Positions 48,574-56,854 of a DNA stretch of 56,854 nucleotides are shown in pieces. A program made the translations under genes and the position numbers. Positions within the stretch are counted from its first letter, which is position 1. Every line of letters begins with the position of its first letter. This DNA is from Seison nebaliae (lineage: Eukaryota). Below the pieces are notes generated by a model. That model ran no database searches. It was not told where the DNA came from and worked only from the letters and a program-made list of their open reading frames with translations. Location of the stretch: the NCBI GenBank assembly GCA_023231475.1, contig JALJEE010000349.1:124001-180854 (forward strand), in the 5' to 3' direction.

Positions 48574-49881
48574 ATGAAGGAACGTCCAAAACCGTTTATG
48601 TTATCAAATGATGACGAACGATATTATCTCGGTTCGGAATTAGGACATTATCTCGGATTGTATCGTGGAGCGTTGTACAAAAAATATCCTCAGTTATGGC
48701 GACGCGCTGCAACGATTAGTGAAAGGAAGGAATTGTCGAATTTGGGATTGTTCACGTCATTAGGATCGACAATTACTCTGTTGAAAGGATCGGAAGTAGA
48801 TCGACTTCTCACTCTCCACAATGATAAGACGATTATCGGGAAGAATTTAGCAACGAAATTTCTAGCTGATTTGCAAATAGATAATGGGAAAAAGAAGAGT
48901 AGACGAGTATCGAAATCGAGAGAAAATAATCATAAAATTTCATCTTCATTAAGAGATCATGGAACGAATGGGAAGGATAATATTGGTGGTAATTTGAGTA
49001 GTCAATTCAGTAGTCAATTCATTACCACATTCTCCAACAAGAAAAATTCGACAAATTCCAATTCGTTGAATATGGGTGGGAGTGGTGGATTGAATTCTGG
49101 TTGTGGTTGGATAAATCCTGTACAACCAGGTGCTGAATCGTTGCCTTCTGCTACTTCCATCAATCAAGCTGCAATTTCTGATCGACGAGCGAAATCTTAC
49201 GGAGTTGGAGTGGATCAATGTTCCAAATTGTTAACGTTAGAGAATGCGGAGCAGAAAATTCAATTAGTTCCAATTCGACTAGATTTAGATATAGATGGAG
49301 AGAAATTGAGAGATTCATTCACTTGGAATCGAAATGAGAAAATTGTCACACCAGAATTATTCGCTGAAACAATTTGTGATGATATCGATCTCTCTCCAAC
49401 TCTCTTCATTCCAGCCATCGCTACTTCCATTCGACAACAAGTCGAAGCGACAACAGCAGCGGCTGTTACAGCAGCAACGACAGTCAAAGAACGAAATGAA
49501 CAAGATCAACGAGTTGTCATCATTCTCAACATTCAAGTTGGAAATGTTTGTCTTCAAGATCGATTCGAATGGGACTTGGCCAATCCTTTAAATAGTCCAG
49601 AACAATATGCGACAGTTATGGCAGCGGAACTTGGACTATCAGGAGAATTCGTTACTGCCATCTCTTACAGTATTCGAGCGAAGTTGGCTTGGCATCAACG
49701 CACATTGGCTTTTGTCGAAGCACCACCAGCATTAACTGGAAAGAATATAATTCGAGATGAACCTTGGACACCGACATTAGAGACATTGACAGATGTAGAA
49801 ATGGAAAAGAAGATTCGAGATTATGACAGAAGTACACGTCGTATGAGACGTCTAGCACAAACAACAACACAAGCATTCTAG
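48574..49881 (+). CDS. SMARCB1: SWI/SNF core subunit SNF5/INI1, single exon
   Basis: N-terminal winged helix (GSELGHYL..YRGALYKKYPQLWRR), repeats LVPIRLD...KLRDSFTWN and DRFEWD...GLSGEFVTAI, C-terminal MEKKIRD..RSTRRMRRLA. Confidence 0.97.
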   Translation: MKERPKPFMLSNDDERYYLGSELGHYLGLYRGALYKKYPQLWRRAATISERKELSNLGLFTSLGSTITLLKGSEVDRLLTLHNDKTIIGKNLATKFLADLQIDNGKKKSRRVSKSRENNHKISSSLRDHGTNGKDNIGGNLSSQFSSQFITTFSNKKNSTNSNSLNMGGSGGLNSGCGWINPVQPGAESLPSATSINQAAISDRRAKSYGVGVDQCSKLLTLENAEQKIQLVPIRLDLDIDGEKLRDSFTWNRNEKIVTPELFAETICDDIDLSPTLFIPAIATSIRQQVEATTAAAVTAATTVKERNEQDQRVVIILNIQVGNVCLQDRFEWDLANPLNSPEQYATVMAAELGLSGEFVTAISYSIRAKLAWHQRTLAFVEAPPALTGKNIIRDEPWTPTLETLTDVEMEKKIRDYDRSTRRMRRLAQTTTQAF

Positions 49882-52800
49882 TAAGTGATTCGACTACGGA
49901 AATGTTTCTTGAAGGAATTCTCTTAAAATTCCTTTTAATTATCGGAAATGAATTCTTCATATGACAATTAAGTAAATTGTGAATGAAAAGTAAATAAATA
50001 AGAATTTTTAATATATGTCAAAAGACGAAATATATTTGAAAATAAACGACTAATTCTCTTGTAAATTATTTGAAGATTTTATTTGTTTGACCTTTTAATA
50101 AATCGGAAATCTGCGAAGTTTCCGACCTGAATTTTACGATTTTTCCTTTTCGTTGTTATGCAGTTATTTCCGCCCAGCTATGTGATATGACGGATGATGG
50201 TGAGAAAGAATTTCATAGAAACTACATAATTTTGAGAGTGGAAATAACTTACTAACATGTAAGCAAATTAATGGAATCAATTTCATGAAGTTTCCATTTC
50301 ACAGAAAATTGTAAGAAATGCGAAATATGATTGGAAGTTCATCAAACAGTGTGGAAGTTAAGGAAAGAATGAAAAGATCATATTCTCTCGAATCTAGAAT
50401 AGTATGAGAAAGTGGACAAACCGTTTAATAAATCGTTAAATTATTGAAATGCATTTCTATTTGATGTCCATAATGAAGAGTCGGGTTTTGTGGAATGGTT
50501 GAGTGAAGAAATGGAAATGTTAATTATAATCGGAGTATCTAGAAGAAAGTTGAAAGGGAAAGTATGCACATAATTCACAACATGAACATACGTAACGAGC
50601 AAAGAATGATGATATGAAGGATATTGGGGAATTAATTTGATGGAATGAATGAATGTTCTTTCATTTGTTATCATGTATGAATGGGATGGAGGAAAAATAG
50701 TTTCTACCAGTTTAGTGATGGAAACACCAAACATCTTCCCCTCCTATACAATTCACGCATATTCATGTAGTAGGAATGTATGTGAGAGAATATTTATAGA
50801 AATCCTATCGACAGAGAACATGATGAGAACATACAAGACGAAATATGAGGACAATGTCAATCAAATTGACGATGATGACAGGAATTGTTAGAACGCATTG
50901 AATGATTAGTTTAATGATGCAAAAAGAAGAGTCATGCTTCGTTTGTGAAGCTTCGAAGAATTCGTCGGTTGATTATGAATGAGGTTCCTACTATTCTCCA
51001 AGATGAATTCAATAGAACAACAAATATAAATGAGGCAAGTAGAGAGACGTAGGAAGAATGGGAAGAGTATGAGCCCCCAACAACATTCTCTCGTGTATGA
51101 GACATGAGCGAAGTCGGACTGAACAAAATGAGTATGTCGATGAGAAGTTGATGGATATACTACGGTTATTATTTAATAATAGATCGATCTAGTTATACTG
51201 ATTTCTTCCTTCCTAATCTGCTTCCTCATTTATACTTCATCATCACAATCCACGACTAGTCGAATAATGGAATTGTCATTGCTTAACAAGAAAAATCCTT
51301 CTCTCAACAATATCCTATGCTCAACAAACATTCTTCCTCCACCAACAAAAGATGTTTAGATAATTATTTTCTATTTATTTCTTCTCCAATCTTTATCGCT
51401 CCTCCCCAAATGCCATTGCAATGCAGTGGATCGCTCCTCATTTTATCAAGTGCTCACTAATATTGATGAGGATTAAACGAACTATAAATAATAGTGAGTA
51501 CGGAAGAAGTACAAGATTTTATTAAGACGATGGAAGGTTTATAAAATTTGGGGAAGAATAGTTCTACTTCCTAACTATTTTAGGCTAAAATATTTATTTT
51601 TATTATTCATTATTATATGATGAATCATTGATGATTATCATTATTATTATTATTATTATTATTGTTATACTTCTATCAATTACTTTATGTGTTTACATAA
51701 ATATTTCTATTGTATCTAATGTCAAATTGCCCTCAACGACTTATCAGGAAGACCAAAACGAATTTGTGTTAAACTAGAAAATACTTCTTAAATATAACTC
51801 GCACAATAATAGAAAATTAAGACATTTTTGAACGTGAATGTGAGGAACAAAAATCATTTTATAAAAAATTCCACGTTCATTCTTATTTCATGAGAGGAAG
51901 TCCCTCCAATATCGAATATCGAACATATTTTTCTTCAAATATCAAAACTCTGATTTGAAGGTTAAAGACGAGTTAAATTAAGTCAGAAGATTTTGGAATA
52001 TCATATGTCGTTCAACGCTTCACAATCTTTAGTTAATTAATTATTTCATTATTTGAAATTATACAATTAATAATGACGCTTTTTAATTTAGCTACTATTA
52101 TCATTATTTGCTTCAGATAATACCTAATAGGTATTAGGAATCAGAAACATTTTTTATTTTTGATGAATCCCTAAATGTTCAATAATACAAAGTCAATGAC
52201 GTTGAATTGTTAATTCCTTAAATGGATTTCCAATCATTCGAATAATCATAATTATTAAGAGTGTTTTTCATATTCAAATGAATTCCTCCTGAAAAAATTG
52301 TTGTTGTTTTGGAGGAAATGAACTGAAGAAGTGGAGTATAGTAACATGGAATTATTAAATTATATGTAATTTTAGGCATTAATCCAAAGCTTTCGTCATT
52401 TGATAGTGATTTGTATGTGGTCGAAGATAAACTGGTAGTTCTTAGTAATTTAGAACAGAAGTTCCAATTTAATGATGAGTTCATCATAAAATGTCAAAAG
52501 TAGTTGATTGAAATATGAATTTAATGTTATTTATGGAACATATGGAAATGTTTTTAGAGTTAATAGATATATGGATGGAATGGTTATCTGAAAGATATAA
52601 AAGTACTTCTTACTGTTAATTTTCATTTAAATTAACAATTAAGTAGAGATTGTAATAGGTGAGACGGTGATGGTGGTGTGATGGACGCTTTTGTAAATTA
52701 AAACTTGTCTGAAATGAAGTCGGTTAAGTGGAATCAGTTTATTTGATTATTTAATACCGGATGACAAAATTGTTATTCTTCTTGTTTACATATTATATAT

Positions 52801-53397
52801 CTCTTCATAAAACTTTGAGAATAGTTGAAGAAGAAAAATTGAGTCGCAGTTGATCACTTACCTCAGTTATTTTTAGGTGTTAGCTGTCAAAATTAATCGA
52901 CGAAAATTTCTCGACTATATCCGTTCATATGAATATGAATGAATTAATGGTGGAATAACTGCCGTTCTGTAAAAGAATTCGTTATGAGTGGAAGACATAG
53001 AAGAAAAAGTCGTATTATCTGTTTAGTATGCAGTTGTTGGTGGGTGCAATTTGTAGGATTGTTGTTCAAGAATAAATATTTTTCTTATTCAACAACACTT
53101 TTCAGGAGTGATCTCTCTGACAAGACACGTGCGCTTTTTTTGGAATATGAAACTATCACGAAAAAGGGAAGAAGAAAGATTAGCAGTGGAGCAGTTGGGA
53201 ATGAAATCGAATTGTTCCACGTCCTTTCCAATCTTCGAACAAAGGTAGAGATAGAAGTAGGAGTAATATCCGGACTACGGGAACATCGAGATAGATAGGA
53301 ATAATTCGATTTTTTGATTCGAATCTAACACCTCCCATCTTGGCAAGAAGGCCATGTTCATCTTATCATTTCCACAATCCATTTCTACTTCTTATCC

Positions 53398-53418
53398 ACA
53401 CACACACACACACACACA
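53398..53418. repeat. (CA)n microsatellite
   Basis: Visible CA run. Confidence 0.9.
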
Positions 53419-53736
53419 AATATATACGTCATTTACACATATCGAATTATTTGTAGAATAATTAATTTTGAGAGGGAATAAGAAAGAAATCGGCTTCTTT
53501 CTTTTTGTTTACACTTTCACATTTAGTGGCATATTGAATAAGTTTAGTTTTCCATATTGTTACTCTTCCTGTTCTCGTTGTTACTTACTGTTCATATTAG
53601 TGTTAATAATATTTAGTATTTTTGTTTATAATGTTATTGTTCTGTAATTATGAAGATTGTTGAAGAATAAAAAATTATTGCATCAAATCTCCTTAATAAT
53701 TATTCTCTTTATTCCGTACGGCTCTCAATATAACTA

Positions 53737-53885
53737 TGTGTGCGTGTGCATGCGTGTGCGTGTGTGTGTGTGTGTCTGTGTGTTCGTGTGCGTGTGTCTG
53801 TGTGCTTGTGTGCGTGTGTCTGTGTGCTTGTGTGTGTGTGTGTGTGCTTGTGTGTGTGTGTGTGTGTGCTTGTGTGTGTGTGTGT
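53737..53885. repeat. Imperfect (TG)n microsatellite of about 150 bp with recurring TGTGCT interruptions
   Basis: Directly visible. It accounts for the Cys/Val and His/Thr pseudo-ORFs. Confidence 0.95.
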
Positions 53886-55339
53886 ATTTGGGTCAAAGAA
53901 GAATTGTTATATTATTATCCATCCTATTTCCTTCCATTGTTCGGATGATGATGGTCGTCTCTCAATGGAGGGACGTGATGGGAATATATGTAACGAGTAG
54001 TGTTGTATACAAAATTTTATTCCATTAATCAATAATGGACGTATGAAAATATTGATGTTGCTGTATTGAGAGAGAAGGAATGGAAGAGAATCATTTTAAT
54101 ATTCCTATTCCATCAATCTATCCATTCTTTTCCTTCGGTTCACGAGCTAACTTCCAAATTTGAAAAACACCTTCTTCTTCTCCTATCTATCCGTCCAATG
54201 AGTGATGAACAATTCAATTAGTGGAACTATAGTATGATTAATGGACTTGCCACGTTGTTATCAGCATGATTTCTATATCTTCATTTGAATTGTACTCGAG
54301 AGGATGGTGCTCTAAGGGGAAAAAGAACGATTCCTTTACTGACGATTAAATCGAATTATATAATAGAATCACTTTGACATTGATTAACTTCTAACTGTCA
54401 CAATCACCATGACAACATATGCGATGAGGAATCGAGAAGAGAATAGGCTTTCCTTTTATGTCACATATATGTGCGATGATCGCTCCAACAACGAACGACT
54501 GCCGTCTTTCCCCTCTCATTCCACTGTGATACAGATGGATGGAGGATGGCAGTGACGGTGATGGTGGTGAGATGAGAACGTCAATAAGAACCAAATTAGG
54601 AGGAATCAATCGCCGATCATCAATGTGGAATTGGGTTGATTTGAATGAAAGAAAGAAAATTTGATTGGTTTGAGACGGGTGAGAGGGAGAGAAGTGAGTT
54701 GATTGACAATGAATGTTGTGTCACCTATCAACAATGGAAAGAAGAATGATGATAACTGTTGCTTATTGTATAATCATTTATTTCCACATTATTTCCGAAT
54801 TATTTCCACATTATTTCCATTTATCTTTTGAACAATATGAATTCCAACATTTATTTCTATTTATCCTTCTCCTCTTCTCCCCCAGTCTTACCAGTTTTCT
54901 TTATTTCTGTTTATTTTTCACATTCTCCTTCTCTCACTCACATTTATTTACTTTCCACTCATTCTTCCCATTTCCATCTTCTCACAACTCGTCTTGCCAG
55001 CTATTCTCGATCCGGATTCACTTCACCACCTTTATCGCATAACATTCGAACATATTATTTCCAATTTTACGTCTAATGTCACTCTTCCCATTGTAAGAGA
55101 TTAATTGAAGAAGATGAAACTTTAAAAGAAATAGGATGAATTGTTGAGATTTGAGAATTTTAAAGTCGCTAATTCGATTCCATTAGTCATTCTAATTGTT
55201 ATTAGCTCATTCTTCTCAAAACTCTTCCGAATGTCAGATAAAACATGAAAACGAATTATAGTGACTCCGTCAAGTTCCCTCTCGCCAGGACATTGGTACC
55301 CGGTCAAGTTCTTTCCATTTCGGTCAATTGTGTCCACCA

Positions 55340-55407
55340 TGTGTTTATGTTTGTGTGTGTGTGTGTGTGTTAGTGTATGTGTGTGCATCCATGGGGTGTA
55401 TGTGTGT
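55340..55407. repeat. Imperfect (TG)n microsatellite
   Basis: Directly visible. Confidence 0.85.
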
Positions 55408-55663
55408 TAATAGAAATCGAAAGATGATCATCCGGTTAAAGAGATTGATAGAGAAGAGATCGATTAAGTTTCCGTATAGAGAAAATGTGTTTGTTGATCA
55501 TACATGTAATCTAGTGGAGAAATAATTTAGTTGATTGTTCGTCGACTAGTTGTTGGAATTGCATTCCGAATTAATTATTTCTCATTCAATTCCCTTATCG
55601 CTCCCGCTACATGTTTATCTTCTTCTACAGCTCTCTTCCACCTTCATTCTACTGCTAATACTT

Positions 55664-55702
55664 TACTACTACTACTACTTCTACTACTACTATTACTACT
55701 AT
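55664..55702. repeat. (CTA)n trinucleotide repeat
   Basis: Directly visible. Confidence 0.9.
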
Positions 55703-55857
55703 TGTATGCATTTAGTCATCCATCTATCTATTCGAACATCGATGATTATTTTTATAAATTTTATGATGATGTTATTGCTAATAATGATATTCATAGATCA
55801 TTCTATATTATCGAATTATCACTGTTATTCTCTTCTCTCTCCCTTTCTCGTTGTATA

Positions 55858-55897
55858 TCTCTCTCTCTCTTTCTGTCTCTCTCTCTCTCTCTCTCTG
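55858..55897. repeat. (CT)n microsatellite
   Basis: Directly visible. Confidence 0.9.
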
Positions 55898-56254
55898 TCG
55901 AATATGTAATCATGTGTATAATTACGTGTGCATATAGAAGGTTGTTTACCGATCCATATTATTCCATTTCTCATTATTTCCTAATTTTCGCCCATATTAC
56001 CCACATGGAGGAGATTGATGATATACTCTTCATTATTTCTTTCGCAACATGACGACACCGTGCATCTGTTAGAGACACTAATAGATTATTCATAGAGTTT
56101 ATCTTCTTCTTACATTCGACTACTGATGCCATCTCGACATTACTCTTTGCCGCTAATAGCGAGACGGAATAAGCACACATAAACTCAGAAGGGAAAAAAA
56201 CAAACTGAATTATTTTTTATTGATAAGTCTCCCATCCATCTGCTGTATGGGTAG

Positions 56255-56303
56255 ATATATATATATATATATATATACTGTTATATATCTCTCTCTCTCT
56301 CTC
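56255..56303. repeat. (TA)n and (CT)n microsatellites
   Basis: Directly visible. Confidence 0.9.
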
Positions 56304-56854
56304 CAATGACGACGTCATTCACATAAACAACATAGAAAGATCGACGTCTAACTGTAAAAGAGGAGATGATGTGCAGTCCCAAGAAACAGATCTATCTATT
56401 GGAAGATGTTCCTCTCTTACCAACATTACATAACATGTTGATGTCGATATCGATGGTAAGTCCAATTGTCTATTGTCAATGGAATGCAGATAAGTTGAAG
56501 TAGTTGGAAGTGAAGAGGGAGGGAGAGAGGTAGAAGAATAAATAAATTAATAAATAAACATTTACCCTCTCGAAGAGAACATTTAAATAATTTTCAACTG
56601 GAAGATGATCAATTCCATATGCTAAGAAGGAACATTGGATTCTTTCCGTTGCTCTATTATATGATTTATGTGACTTCTAATAACTCCATACACTATACAT
56701 ACACTATACATACACATACATATATACAAACACTCATCACTAACTAGTAATTGTTGAATAACGAATGCAGATATCTTGTCTCTATGTCGATTAATATTAT
56801 CCGTGCACTACTCGTTGGTAGAGTGCTGATGTTCATTCTTTTCTCATTATTATT

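Noticed and set aside
53657..54028. Cys/Val-rich and His/Thr-rich ORFs
   Set aside because: They are translations of the (TG)n microsatellite.
55531..56052. 173-aa and 119-aa ORFs with poly-Leu or poly-Tyr
   Set aside because: They derive from CTA and CT repeats, start at non-ATG codons and show no domain.
1..56854. Prokaryotic systems (CRISPR, operons, IS elements), tRNA or rRNA genes, autonomous transposons
   Set aside because: I saw no repeat-spacer array, cloverleaf, rRNA motif, transposase or reverse transcriptase ORF. The window is spliceosomal-intron-containing animal DNA.

Overview
This is AT-rich eukaryotic (metazoan) genomic DNA from a compact genome with tiny introns. A compact invertebrate such as a spiralian is my inference only. 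Two gene-dense blocks (1-25.7 kb and 41.9-49.9 kb) are separated by about 16 kb with no recognisable CDS, and another 7 kb non-coding, microsatellite-rich stretch ends the window. I reconstructed 16 genes or gene fragments by hand: SPG7 (5' part), SAE1-like, BUB3, LHFPL, an ankyrin-repeat gene, a full ABCB/P-glycoprotein transporter, two tandem myosin regulatory light chains, ELAPOR/KIAA1324, an orphan gene, an atypical cytochrome P450, a bacterial-type MsrA, a DPR/ZIG-8-like Ig protein, a CABIT-like protein, RPS21 and eIF3i. SMARCB1/SNF5 follows as a 17th. The main result is a shifted 5' splice-site code. Of 41 reconstructed introns, 39 begin GTT, one begins GTC, one is GTG/GTT ambiguous and none begins GTA. 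All three introns over 100 nt begin GTTAGT, which predicts an altered U1 snRNA 5' end or a changed way of recognising donors. Secondary results are a likely horizontally acquired MsrA whose CDS overlaps a P450 lacking the catalytic acid-alcohol pair, and an Ig domain split by a very large Cys-containing insert. All gene models come from reading frame and remembered homology, with no transcript evidence.
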